Shown here in pieces: positions 1 through 8,954 of a stretch of 64,000 nt of DNA. The notes beneath the pieces are model-generated. The model did no database searches, had not been told where the DNA came from, and saw nothing but the letters and a program-made list of their open reading frames with translations. Made by a program: the position numbers and the translations under genes. The stretch lies in sequence record PQ374922.1; one strand, given 5' to 3'. This stretch comes from a phage. Each line of letters begins with the position of its first letter. Position 1 is the first letter of the stretch.

Positions 1-1
1 T

Positions 2-262
2 AACTTCAAAGACTACGACTCCCTGGAAAAGCGCCTGCGCAAAGTTCTGGCAATCCCTGATGACCAGCCTCTGGTTGAAGGTGGTGCAGCCACGATGGCT
101 CATGCTCCTAGCACCCAGACCACACATCAGCCAACTGCTCAAGACAGCCTGAAACAGCAACAGGCCGCGCCGTCGCAGGCTCAGACTCAGACTCAGTCTC
201 AACCGAATGCCAGAAACACGGCTTCCATTGACGAATTCGAGCAGTATCTCAAGTCTAACTGA
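2..262 (+). CDS. 3' end of an upstream gene (C-terminal fragment, Gln/Thr/Ala-rich tail ...IDEFEQYLKSN)
   Basis: Open frame from window edge to TGA at 260-262, followed immediately by a hairpin terminator. Confidence 0.4.
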   Translation, partial: NFKDYDSLEKRLRKVLAIPDDQPLVEGGAATMAHAPSTQTTHQPTAQDSLKQQQAAPSQAQTQTQSQPNARNTASIDEFEQYLKSN

Positions 263-267
263 TCAAC

Positions 268-295
268 AAGCCATCTTCGGATGGCTTTTTATTTT
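268..295 (+). terminator. Rho-independent terminator (hairpin aagccatc-ttcg-gatggctt plus T-run)
   Basis: 8-bp GC-containing stem followed by TTTTTATTTT, sited between two convergent genes. Confidence 0.6.
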
Positions 296-1233
296 CCCAT
301 CACGTCTTGCAATATTCCCAACAGGCTTGTCTTCTCCGCCGCCGTCAGGTTATCGTTACCCATGATGTCACGAGAGATACCTACCGAGATGCGCTCGAAG
401 TCCTGTATGCTTATCCCAGCCAGGTTGTTTACAAGTTGGTCAAGCTGTTTGTAAGCCAGGAGAGCCTCTCCTGTGAAGTTCCCTTCTTTCAACTTGCGAT
501 AAAGCTGTCCAGCTTTTGAGGCCGCAGTTTCCCAGTCACCACTGGTAAGAGCGTCAGCAATGCCGAGAGGAAGAAAATCGCTGGAAAGGCTGCGTGTTTC
601 ATATTCTGTCTCCGAAAGCACTTTGTTGTAAGAGAAAGAAATGTTGTACTGGTTGAACTGGTCTGTGGCACCTTTATCTAGCTCAATAGAACTGAAATTT
701 ATTGGGTGAGCCTCGACGATGTAGACGCGGTGGACCACTTGATCTTCGGTGTCAAGCTGTTCAATGCATATGTCAGTCACGAAGTCTTCGTAATATCCCA
801 TTTTGGTGGTGTGTGGATCAAAGATCAGACTCTTCCACTTGTCCATCACAGACTTCTCATAATAGTCATTGGCTAATAAGAATGACAAGTCGAGGTCGAC
901 GTTGGACTTGTTGTTCGGCATCTTGATGTGATTACCGTTGTTTGTCATTGGAGTGGTGTCGATACCAACCCCTGGCAATGAGGCAACCATACACATCATC
1001 TGAAGGGAACGGGACGTCTGGTTTGTCCCTCCAAAGAAAGCGTTTACAATACGGGCTGACTGCTTAAACAAGTCACCAAAAGATGAATTGGTTCTGTACG
1101 CCTTTCCGTCATTAGCCAGAGTGGCATTGGAGTCAAAGATCCCTGGTGGTAGAGGGATGGTCACTCTGAAGCGGTTCTTGCGCGACAAGCCCCGCTGTAA
1201 TATCTGTGTGATAAAATTGCGATAGTCTTCCAC
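289..1233 (-). CDS. Late-expressed hypothetical virion protein, possibly a tail-tube-fold baseplate protein (gp48/gp54-like)
   Basis: 314-aa ORF with GTG start and GGAG RBS; exact TATAAATA late promoter about 35 nt upstream; N-terminal strand motif RFRVTIPLP resembles the first strand of tube-fold proteins. The family assignment is inference. Confidence 0.55.
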   Translation of the reverse strand: MEDYRNFITQILQRGLSRKNRFRVTIPLPPGIFDSNATLANDGKAYRTNSSFGDLFKQSARIVNAFFGGTNQTSRSLQMMCMVASLPGVGIDTTPMTNNGNHIKMPNNKSNVDLDLSFLLANDYYEKSVMDKWKSLIFDPHTTKMGYYEDFVTDICIEQLDTEDQVVHRVYIVEAHPINFSSIELDKGATDQFNQYNISFSYNKVLSETEYETRSLSSDFLPLGIADALTSGDWETAASKAGQLYRKLKEGNFTGEALLAYKQLDQLVNNLAGISIQDFERISVGISRDIMGNDNLTAAEKTSLLGILQDVMGK

Positions 1234-1267
1234 GGTGAGGACTCCACTTAAATAAAATAACTGTTAT

Positions 1268-1275
1268 TATTTATA
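1268..1275 (-). promoter_or_regulatory. T4-type late promoter (TATAAATA)
   Basis: Exact TATAAATA on the minus strand, about 35 nt upstream of the start codon at 1233. Confidence 0.6.
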
Positions 1276-1286
1276 GGAGTTGACAA

Positions 1287-1991
1287 ATGGCAAAGAATGC
1301 AGCTGGCGAAGAAGATCCGTTGCTGTTTCCGGCCGAGATGGACGCCCCCGAGCTGGTCAAGCGTTACATCCGCAAGTACCGTCAACACTTCGGTCCAGAG
1401 GCGAAGCGTAACATCCGCCGTTCGCATGTGTGGTTCATGGAGCGTGTGTCTAAGGACGCCAACCTGAGTCCCAACCATATGAAACAGGCGTTTGCTGATC
1501 ACAAACGTCCGGTACAAGGTGTGCGGTATATAGTCGGGCGTATGTTCTATTTCAAATATGATGCTCTGACGAAGAATGAACTACCCTACTGGGATATGTA
1601 CCCTCTGGTGTTCTTCTTCAACTTTGTCAAGGGTGATGGCATCACCTTTGGAGAGAAGGGTGTGACATACCTCTGGGGGCTCAACATGCACTACCTGCCA
1701 CCGAAGCTCAGGCTGTTGGTGTTTGAGGATCTGATCAAGTTGCGTAACGAACGGGCATACCGCTCAAAGACGCGTCTGAAGCTCACCTGGGAAGCCCTGA
1801 AGCGCTTCGCCAACCATCCGCTGTACAATCACTGTGTGAAGCTGTACCGTGCCGATCAGTTCCGTTCACAGCTTTACGAGATTGAGCCACAGTACTGGGA
1901 GATCGTTCTCTTCATGCGCACTGCCCGCTTCCAGAAACAGAGCCAGATGTCTGTGTGGAAAGATGCACGTCGTATGCATAAGAAGAAATAG
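1287..1991 (+). CDS. Hypothetical protein (234 aa, basic)
   Basis: ATG preceded by AGGAG RBS; long ORF with no recognisable motif. Confidence 0.55.
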   Translation: MAKNAAGEEDPLLFPAEMDAPELVKRYIRKYRQHFGPEAKRNIRRSHVWFMERVSKDANLSPNHMKQAFADHKRPVQGVRYIVGRMFYFKYDALTKNELPYWDMYPLVFFFNFVKGDGITFGEKGVTYLWGLNMHYLPPKLRLLVFEDLIKLRNERAYRSKTRLKLTWEALKRFANHPLYNHCVKLYRADQFRSQLYEIEPQYWEIVLFMRTARFQKQSQMSVWKDARRMHKKK

Positions 1992-2053
1992 TTCTATAAC
2001 CCGTTCCGAGGGATAATTCGTGAACAGGTAATCCTAAATGATGAGGCTATAAC

Positions 2054-2803
2054 ATGTCACAAATTTATCGTATGTTCGGGTTAGAGTTTACCCCAGCTCG
2101 CCTTGATATGAAACTCCCAAATTTTGAAAAGAGTGGATTCGAAGTCGGTTGTGTTCTGGGTTTCGATCGAAACGGCAGATTCGTTCGCGAACAAAATATT
2201 TTCGATGTTCTGGGTGTGAAACCGGACAGTGAAACAGCAATCCGCTTCGAAGAGGACATCCGTTTTGGTCATTCCGACCTGTACGATTATGTCCGTGATG
2301 TGATCGCTGGTTATGAACAAGCTAAAGCACACATGAAGATGGCCACCGATGCATGCCTGAAACTGGCGCATTGTCTATACTTCTTTGGTCGCAAGCGTCA
2401 GAATCTCGATATGGTATTCCCATCGGAACTGCTTGAACGCTTCTCTGAAACCGAATTCCTGCTGAAGCAAGCCGACGGAGTTGCTGTCAAATCTAGTGAA
2501 GTATTCAAATACCCGATAAATCTGGTGTCTGGGCATCTGCTGGTAGGGCGTGATCAGGTCGACCTGGCGATTCATCCGGATATGGAGTATGATCAGAACT
2601 CCTGTCGTGCCATCCACAACTACGTAGGTGTCATTCTAGAAAACTTGTACTCAGCCATGGAAGAAGTGATGGCAGCAGAACAACAGGAAGAAGTGATTCG
2701 TCGTATCCGCGAAGATATCGAAGGGAAGGTGAAACAGGATGTTCTAGGGGAATATCCACCAGAGTATTTCCCTGAAGTTCCAAACTTCTACTTGTCCAAA
2801 TAA
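2054..2803 (+). CDS. Hypothetical protein (249 aa)
   Basis: Long ORF in an early-gene block; no motif recognised. Confidence 0.55.
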   Translation: MSQIYRMFGLEFTPARLDMKLPNFEKSGFEVGCVLGFDRNGRFVREQNIFDVLGVKPDSETAIRFEEDIRFGHSDLYDYVRDVIAGYEQAKAHMKMATDACLKLAHCLYFFGRKRQNLDMVFPSELLERFSETEFLLKQADGVAVKSSEVFKYPINLVSGHLLVGRDQVDLAIHPDMEYDQNSCRAIHNYVGVILENLYSAMEEVMAAEQQEEVIRRIREDIEGKVKQDVLGEYPPEYFPEVPNFYLSK

Positions 2804-2823
2804 CTCCACTGTGAGAGGTGTGT

Positions 2824-3099
2824 ATGAAACGTTATCTGAAGCTGACGACTGTCCTTGAGTCGATCATAGAGTATTTCATCATGCAACACCTCCGCGCTGA
2901 CAACATGCATTTAGACGGTTGCCTGACGTATGACCACAAGATCATTGTCCATTCTGTTGAAGTGGTGGATGATGATCTGATGATTGCAAATGTAGAACAC
3001 TGTCTGTTTGATGAGTCGGTTGATGCGTACTGCCAACCACGGTTCGCAAAAGTCGAGCTAACAAATTGTTGGCCGCCGGAAATGGTTTTTCTATATTGA
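2824..3099 (+). CDS. Hypothetical small protein (about 91 aa)
   Basis: ATG at 2824 with GAGAGG RBS, just downstream of the previous stop. Confidence 0.35.
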   Translation: MKRYLKLTTVLESIIEYFIMQHLRADNMHLDGCLTYDHKIIVHSVEVVDDDLMIANVEHCLFDESVDAYCQPRFAKVELTNCWPPEMVFLY

Positions 3100-3190
3100 C
3101 GTAGAAAGTTAATATTCACGCAAGTTCGCGCTCCGCTTGGTCGCGCACCTTATAACACTAAGGTGTTAACTTTCTTTTCAATAAAAAGTA

Positions 3191-3220
3191 GTTTACATCT
3201 ATGAAAATGCAGTATATTAT
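3191..3220 (+). promoter_or_regulatory. T4-type early (sigma70-like) promoter
   Basis: A-rich upstream tract, -35 GTTTACA, about 17-nt spacer, -10 TATATT/TATTAT, roughly 70 nt upstream of the 3289 gene. Confidence 0.45.
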
Positions 3221-3288
3221 GTTCTCACTACACAGTCAGAACAACAATATGCCGCGGATACGGTCTTAATAACGAAAGGGTTTTTATT

Positions 3289-4125
3289 ATGTCATATATT
3301 CTTCATGTGGATTCTGGAACCAAAATTGAAATTGAAGGCAAAGACGTTGCGGCTATCCAGGCTGAAATCAAAGAAGCAGGTCTGATCATCGGAAACGTTA
3401 CCCTGCGCCGTATGGTTGAAGGTGTTCTTCAGGCTGCCAACGGCTTCGAACTGATTGAAGGTCTGAGCGCTGAAGAGAAGGAAGAAACTCAGCAGGCTCT
3501 GGCGCAAGCCCAAGAGCAAGCCCAAGCTGAAGTATCGCTGAAAGTCGCTGAAACTATTGATGCTGAAGCACCGATCTCTGCCGATGCATGTGAAGCCCCA
3601 GTGTCCGACGCCCCGGTAGACGCGGTTGAAGATGCAGTCAACGCGGCGCTGGAAGAAGGTAATCAGCCGTCCGACGCGAAAATCGGTTCCTTGGCGTCTT
3701 CTATGCTGAAAGAAGCATCGAAGGGTAAGACCCTGACCCCGCAGGCAGCGCTGGTAGAGCGTAAACGCCGTCACACCAAACGTGAGGAAATGGTTGACTT
3801 GGCTCGCGCTTCTAATCACGGTCCGGTCTTGGCGGCGATTGAAGCTGGTGTTGTCCCCGGCGTGTTCCTGAGCTACGTGAACCCAGACATGCGTTGGTTC
3901 CAGTTCCCGGTCACCGAACTGGCTAACCCTGAAAACCTTCACGCTCGCACCAATACGTATGTCGACGTTGCGCCTATCGTTTCCGGTGGCTGGGGCTTCA
4001 GTCTGTACGTGAACGGCAAGTCCTTCACCAAACGTCAGAAGATCAAAGAGTCTGATGCTGAGTCTCTGGTTAAGGCGATCAATGAATGGCTTCCACAGGC
4101 TCTGGCTGAAGCGAAAGCTGTGTAA
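3289..4125 (+). CDS. Hypothetical protein with central Ala/Gln/Glu-rich low-complexity linker (278 aa)
   Basis: ATG with upstream GAAAGGG; two globular segments separated by an AQAQEQAQAE linker. Confidence 0.55.
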   Translation: MSYILHVDSGTKIEIEGKDVAAIQAEIKEAGLIIGNVTLRRMVEGVLQAANGFELIEGLSAEEKEETQQALAQAQEQAQAEVSLKVAETIDAEAPISADACEAPVSDAPVDAVEDAVNAALEEGNQPSDAKIGSLASSMLKEASKGKTLTPQAALVERKRRHTKREEMVDLARASNHGPVLAAIEAGVVPGVFLSYVNPDMRWFQFPVTELANPENLHARTNTYVDVAPIVSGGWGFSLYVNGKSFTKRQKIKESDAESLVKAINEWLPQALAEAKAV

Positions 4126-4154
4126 ATTTAAGTTCAGAAACTGTTCAAAAGATG

Positions 4155-4185
4155 AAGGGGCTGCTATAATAGCAGCTCCTTTTGT
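4155..4185 (+). terminator. Hairpin with TATAAT in the loop plus T-run (terminator and/or early-promoter stem-loop)
   Basis: ggggctgc-TATAAT-agcagctcc followed by TTTTGTTTATT, between the 3289 gene and the kinase gene. Confidence 0.5.
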
Positions 4186-4200
4186 TTATTGGAGCAGTTT

Positions 4201-4860
4201 ATGTCCTACTCCCTGAAGGGGTTGATGAAGCGCCCCGTCCACACATTCTTTAAACCACCAGTCGTAAAGGGGATCTATCCAGCACGAGGGCAAATCTACT
4301 ACGTCAAAGGCTCCAATGGTAGCGGTAAATCCACTGTACCGTCTCAGCTGGCGGAGAGGGATCCTCAGGCGTATGTCGTGACCCATAACGGCAAGGTAAT
4401 GCTGACTGTCTGTCCTTCGTTCAACGTGGTCTGTATCGGTAAATATGACAAGTCGAAGTCCAAGGGGGTTGATTCCCTGAAGGACACTGAGCAGATGTTG
4501 TTCGCGTTGTCTATTGCTGACCAACCAGAATACTTGAAATATGATGTGATTTTCGAAGGTATCATTCCATCCACATTATTGAGTTCTTGGATCCCCCGCC
4601 TGACGCGCCCACCACGTGAATTGGTTGTGCTCTTTATGGACACTCCCCTTGAAACGTGTATCTCCCGCGTTAAATCACGTAACGGTGGTGTGGAATTCAA
4701 TGAAAGTCTGGTGGTCGAGAAGTGGGAGAGAGTTCATGACCATCGTCAACGACATAAAGACTTGTTCCCTACGGTAGCTGCGGGTATGATGAAGTCTCAC
4801 GGCCTAACGGTAGACCAGGCTGTGATGGCATTCCTCTGTCGTGATTTTGGGAGTATCTGA
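4201..4860 (+). CDS. P-loop NTPase/kinase of unknown specificity
   Basis: Walker A GSNGSGKST near residue 40; ATG at 4201 with GGAGCAG RBS; stop overlaps the start of the next gene (TGATG). Confidence 0.65.
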   Translation: MSYSLKGLMKRPVHTFFKPPVVKGIYPARGQIYYVKGSNGSGKSTVPSQLAERDPQAYVVTHNGKVMLTVCPSFNVVCIGKYDKSKSKGVDSLKDTEQMLFALSIADQPEYLKYDVIFEGIIPSTLLSSWIPRLTRPPRELVVLFMDTPLETCISRVKSRNGGVEFNESLVVEKWERVHDHRQRHKDLFPTVAAGMMKSHGLTVDQAVMAFLCRDFGSI

Positions 4861-5906
4861 TGGAAATCAAAGCAATTAACAACAATGACATGTTGAAGCA
4901 GGCTGTCTTGGCTATCCGTGAATTCGGGATCGAATCTGATCCTGGTAATGCTGAAATCAATACTGATAGCACCCGCTTCCTTGATGGTGTGACTATCACT
5001 GTTTCCGATATTCGTGACCGCTGGCTCTCCGTTGAAGGTCGCAACTCATCGGCTATCGCTGCCATCGGCGAGACCTTCTGGGTGTTGTCAGGTCGCAACG
5101 ACATAAAGTTCCTGTCACGCGTATTGCCTCGCGCTGCTAACTTTTCGGATGATGGGGTAACATGGCGAGCTGCTTATGGTCCGCGTCTGTACGCCCATGG
5201 CCAGCTGGATAGCGTTATCAACCGCCTGCGCAAGAACCCAAACACTCGCCAGGCGTACCTCACTATTTATGATCCGGCTTTGGATTCGGATGCTGGTCTG
5301 GCGAAGTTCAGCGAGAGCGGCGAAGCGAAGACCAAGGACATGGTGTGTAACCTGGCTCTGTTGTTCGCCATCGTTGAAGGTCGTCTGAACCTGACGGTCA
5401 TCAATCGCTCACAGGATGTTCTGTGGGGGATGAGTTCAATAAACTTCATTGAGTTCTCTATTCTTCAGGAAGTGATTGCTCGGGTGCTGGACGTTGACGT
5501 CGGTCAGTACAAGCTATTCTCTAATAATCTTCATTACTACAACAATGAAGTCAGCCAGAAGCAGCTGGGAAAGATCACGAAGGACACCAAAGTAGAAGCT
5601 GGGTTCATCAACTCCATGATTCACTTCACGAACGTGACCAACCAGAACCATATCCGCAATCTGTTCACTGGTGTGCTTCATCACTGTGATATCGGCAGCC
5701 CGTGGGAAACTGTGGTCGCCCACCTGAAGGAATATGATGCTGATCGTGGCCTGATTGTACAGATGGCGTACTGTCTGCACTGCAAACTGAACGAAAAGCT
5801 CATTAACCTGGACCTGATTCAGGATCATGGCTTGAACACCGCGCTCACGCATTCCCCGGTTGACCGCAAGATCATTGATCCTAAGTTCCTGGAAGGTGTA
5901 GTATGA
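4860..5906 (+). CDS. Thymidylate-synthase-fold pyrimidine C5 hydroxymethylase-like enzyme (gp42-like, divergent)
   Basis: TS-fold motifs: ETFWVLSGRNDIKFL (cf. ELLWFIKGSTNAKEL), RQAYLTIYDP, candidate catalytic Cys163 in DMVCNL, then 20 residues to RSQD as in TS (R166/D169). The canonical PCH and PFNIAS motifs are not conserved and there is a roughly 100-aa C-terminal extension. Confidence 0.7.
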   Translation: MEIKAINNNDMLKQAVLAIREFGIESDPGNAEINTDSTRFLDGVTITVSDIRDRWLSVEGRNSSAIAAIGETFWVLSGRNDIKFLSRVLPRAANFSDDGVTWRAAYGPRLYAHGQLDSVINRLRKNPNTRQAYLTIYDPALDSDAGLAKFSESGEAKTKDMVCNLALLFAIVEGRLNLTVINRSQDVLWGMSSINFIEFSILQEVIARVLDVDVGQYKLFSNNLHYYNNEVSQKQLGKITKDTKVEAGFINSMIHFTNVTNQNHIRNLFTGVLHHCDIGSPWETVVAHLKEYDADRGLIVQMAYCLHCKLNEKLINLDLIQDHGLNTALTHSPVDRKIIDPKFLEGVV

Positions 5907-6472
5907 TGTATCCAAATCTTGAATTCTTTACGGGGCGCAAGCGCTCCGGTAAGGACTTCTGTTTGGAGTCCCTGATCAGTTATCACCACTTACAGGGTGA
6001 TATGGACATCCAGCGCCTTTCGTTCTCGGATGAACTGCGCCGTGTGGCCAACTACATCTACCCATGGCTCCCAGCGGAGGTAGAGGATGCCGTGAAGGAC
6101 GTTCCTTACGTGCACCCTGATAACCCCAAGGGTTTAACTCCACGGCAGATCTGGCTTCATCTAGGCAGCGATACGGGCTTGCGTTACGTACAACCCGATC
6201 TGTTCCTGGCATTCTTCAAGCGCTTCCAGCTTCCTCTGGTAGAGCAGAACCCCCACGTTCATTATATCGTGAGCGATCTGCGTACCCCTCAGGAATATGA
6301 ATGGGCGCTGAGTACGAAATGTCCTATCACCCGTATTTCAAAGGCCGACCGTGCTGGTATCATAGAGGACGATATAGAGGCTTTCATTGACCAAATGAAA
6401 GTGGACTACGAATTCCTCAATCCATTTGATGGTTGGGAACCGTTCGTTAAATTCTACGGAGAACGTAAATGA
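5903..6472 (+). CDS. 1: Deoxynucleoside monophosphate kinase (T4 gp1-like)
   Basis: FFTGRKRSGKDF (cf. T4 gp1 FLSGVKRSGKDT) and HYIVSDLRTPQE (cf. YYIVPDTRQDHE); ATGA overlap with the upstream gene. Confidence 0.8.
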   Translation: MMYPNLEFFTGRKRSGKDFCLESLISYHHLQGDMDIQRLSFSDELRRVANYIYPWLPAEVEDAVKDVPYVHPDNPKGLTPRQIWLHLGSDTGLRYVQPDLFLAFFKRFQLPLVEQNPHVHYIVSDLRTPQEYEWALSTKCPITRISKADRAGIIEDDIEAFIDQMKVDYEFLNPFDGWEPFVKFYGERK

Positions 6473-7023
6473 TCACAGCAGGGCATATCAAAAGCCTGCT
6501 CGAACTCCAAAAGGCCACTAACGTGGCCTACTTTGGGGAAGAGTGGAAGAATGTATGGAGTCAGAACGCAGTCATCAACTCTATCTATCGTGAGTGGGCA
6601 GAGTTCCTTGATGAAACCACCCGTGACTGGAAGGTTTATGGCAACGACATCGGGTTTGATCATACGAACGCAGTTTATGAACTGGTGGACGTGGTACACT
6701 TCATGTTGTGCTTCATCCTTGTGGACCGCACCAAAGGTGAGATCGAAGAAGAATTTGAAGTCCTTAGTAATCGCGAATTCACCCCATCTGCTTTGGGTGT
6801 TGTAGGGCATCGCAATGTTACGTACCGCCTTGGGCAATTCATGAACGATCCTTGCGTTGAGACTCTCATGTTCTTCCTGTCGTCTGCGTGTTCTTATATG
6901 GAGATCGACATTGAGACTTACATACTGGCACACAAACGCAAGAACGATCGCAATCGCCTGCGTGCTGCTGGTGGCGCGGATTACGATAAGTCCGCAGAAA
7001 CCCCTCTGACCCTGGAGTTCTAA
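6469..7023 (+). CDS. All-alpha NTP pyrophosphatase (dCTPase/dUTPase gp56-like or MazG-like)
   Basis: Acidic helical pattern EWAEFLDETTRDW...YELVDVVHF typical of all-alpha NTP-PPases; ATGA overlap with gp1. Confidence 0.5.
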   Translation: MITAGHIKSLLELQKATNVAYFGEEWKNVWSQNAVINSIYREWAEFLDETTRDWKVYGNDIGFDHTNAVYELVDVVHFMLCFILVDRTKGEIEEEFEVLSNREFTPSALGVVGHRNVTYRLGQFMNDPCVETLMFFLSSACSYMEIDIETYILAHKRKNDRNRLRAAGGADYDKSAETPLTLEF

Positions 7024-7565
7024 TGTTTACAGTCGTCGTTTCATACCATGCGGAGAACGCTGCTCAGGCATCCTCCAAATTCGCCGAGCACATCATCGGC
7101 GGCGGACATAATGTATTCCTTACTGAATACAACAGGCCTGTTAAACCGGGCGACGGTCTTTCGGCGACTGTTACGCATAAGATCGCCAGCGAGCAACCAG
7201 AGTCTCTGTTCAGGATGATCGAAGAGTATGCCGGTGGTGGCACCAAGATACCAGATGAACTGGTAGACGTCTATTTTGAAGGCTCGATCTATTACATCCA
7301 CGCTATGCCAAAGGATGTAACCATTGAACAGATGATGTATATCCTGAATATAGCACTGAACACTGCGTGCATCAACCGCACGAACTACAACAATCTGCGC
7401 AATATGTACCTAACCGACCGGCATAATGACGCATCGTCGCTTGTTGAGACAATGTCCCTGAAGAGCATCCAAGAGGCGGTTAACATTTTGTCCCAGAAGG
7501 TTATGGGTGTAGAATTATTAACGACGATCAACAATAAAGAGGAAGTGAAATGGCCAGTTCATTAA
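7023..7565 (+). CDS. Hypothetical protein (180 aa)
   Basis: ORF translationally coupled (TAATG) to the upstream gene; no motif recognised. Confidence 0.5.
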   Translation: MFTVVVSYHAENAAQASSKFAEHIIGGGHNVFLTEYNRPVKPGDGLSATVTHKIASEQPESLFRMIEEYAGGGTKIPDELVDVYFEGSIYYIHAMPKDVTIEQMMYILNIALNTACINRTNYNNLRNMYLTDRHNDASSLVETMSLKSIQEAVNILSQKVMGVELLTTINNKEEVKWPVH

Positions 7566-8635
7566 TGGACCGCATGCTGAAGGTTGCTAAGAAACACGAT
7601 GACCAGGCTTCAGTGCTGTCCAAATCCGACGCTCTGGAACCGTCTATCATCTGTTCTACTGGTATTCCCCTGATCGATATCGCATGGTCTGGGCGTATTG
7701 ACGGCGGTCTGATCTCCGGTATCAAGATGATGGTGGGTGATTCCCGTACCTTCAAAACGATGTTCGGTCTGGTAGACGTCAAGGCGTACATGGACAAGTT
7801 CCCTGATGCTATCTGCGTCTTTGCGGACTCAGAAAAGGGTGCCAACGCCGATTACTGGACCTCTATGGGCATTGACATGGACCGCGTCCTGTACGTACCG
7901 ATCGACAACGTTGAACAGACCAAGATCCGCTTGCTGCAGATCCTACAGGAAGTCAAGAAAGGCGACCATGTTATAATCTTCATCGACTCTATCAGCCAAC
8001 TTCCCTCCACCAAGGAAGTTGAAGATGCGATCAAAGGGAACGACACTCAAGACATGACCCGCGCCCGTGCCCTTAACAGCTTCTGGCGTGTCATGACTCC
8101 CGAAATCAACAGCAAAAATCTCGTGTGTGTTTGGATCAACTCCTATTACGATGAGATCGGCAACCAGTATGCCGAGCCCAACATCAAAGGCGGCAAGCAG
8201 GGCTTCTTATCCTCCAACTTGATCTGGTTTATCACCCGTTCTCAGGTGAAGGAAGACAAAGATCTGCTGGGCTGGAACTTCAACATAAGCATCATGAAAG
8301 GTCGCCATGTCAAAGAGAAAGCCAAGCTCCCTGTGACGGTACTGTACAACGGTGGTATTGATCGCTGGAGCGGCCTGCTTGAGATCGCTCGTGCTCTGGG
8401 TTATGTTGATATGCCGTCTTCCGGTTGGTATGTGCGTACAGCCAAGGGTGGTTTCGATCCTGAGAAGGAAAAGAAATATCAAAAGCGTCAGATGGATGAT
8501 GATTTCTGGTATCCGCTGCTGGAGAATGTCAACTTCGCCGATGACGTGAAGAAAATGTTCGGTGTTTCTAACGGTACTGTTATGCCTGCTAACATGCTGG
8601 AGCAAATGGACCATGTTATCAACACAAGCGAATAA
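7550..8635 (+). CDS. uvsX: UvsX RecA-like recombinase
   Basis: Strong similarity by eye to T4 UvsX: FADSEKGANADYWTSMGIDMDRV, IIFIDSISQL, DMTRARALNSFWRVMTPEI. Confidence 0.9.
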   Translation: MASSLMDRMLKVAKKHDDQASVLSKSDALEPSIICSTGIPLIDIAWSGRIDGGLISGIKMMVGDSRTFKTMFGLVDVKAYMDKFPDAICVFADSEKGANADYWTSMGIDMDRVLYVPIDNVEQTKIRLLQILQEVKKGDHVIIFIDSISQLPSTKEVEDAIKGNDTQDMTRARALNSFWRVMTPEINSKNLVCVWINSYYDEIGNQYAEPNIKGGKQGFLSSNLIWFITRSQVKEDKDLLGWNFNISIMKGRHVKEKAKLPVTVLYNGGIDRWSGLLEIARALGYVDMPSSGWYVRTAKGGFDPEKEKKYQKRQMDDDFWYPLLENVNFADDVKKMFGVSNGTVMPANMLEQMDHVINTSE

Positions 8636-8942
8636 CAGTGGAGGGGGAGGAGACTCCCCCAATAACTACACAATCATCGACCCTGGTGCTGATCAGCTGG
8701 CGATCATCAAGATCACTTCTGGCAAATTCCGTGGTGTTCAATTCCGGTTCGGCAAGGTGGCCATCAACGAAGTGGACGGCGAACCCCGCCTGTCTTTCGT
8801 GACTGATATATTGAAGAAACCATTGCGTCTGATGTTTGTGAATTTGAAAGAAAATGACTTGTTCACTGAGGTGTCAGGGGATATCCTTGTAGAACTCATG
8901 CAGCGTAATGCTCAGGAATATAATAAATTTTTGGTGGGATGA
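8562..8942 (+). CDS. Hypothetical protein overlapping the 3' end of uvsX (occupies the gp40 position)
   Basis: ORF in an alternative frame beginning 74 nt inside uvsX; hydrophobic N-terminus MFLTVLLCLLTCW. An in-frame GTG further downstream could be the true start. Confidence 0.35.
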   Translation: MFLTVLLCLLTCWSKWTMLSTQANNSGGGGDSPNNYTIIDPGADQLAIIKITSGKFRGVQFRFGKVAINEVDGEPRLSFVTDILKKPLRLMFVNLKENDLFTEVSGDILVELMQRNAQEYNKFLVG

Positions 8943-8954
8943 CCGAGGGGTCCT

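Noticed and set aside
4860-5906. Calling the TS-fold protein a plain thymidylate synthase (td)
   Set aside because: The near-invariant TS motifs PCH and GLPFNIASY are not conserved (VCN, GMSSINFIEF), so it is more consistent with a hydroxymethylase-type homolog; specificity left open.
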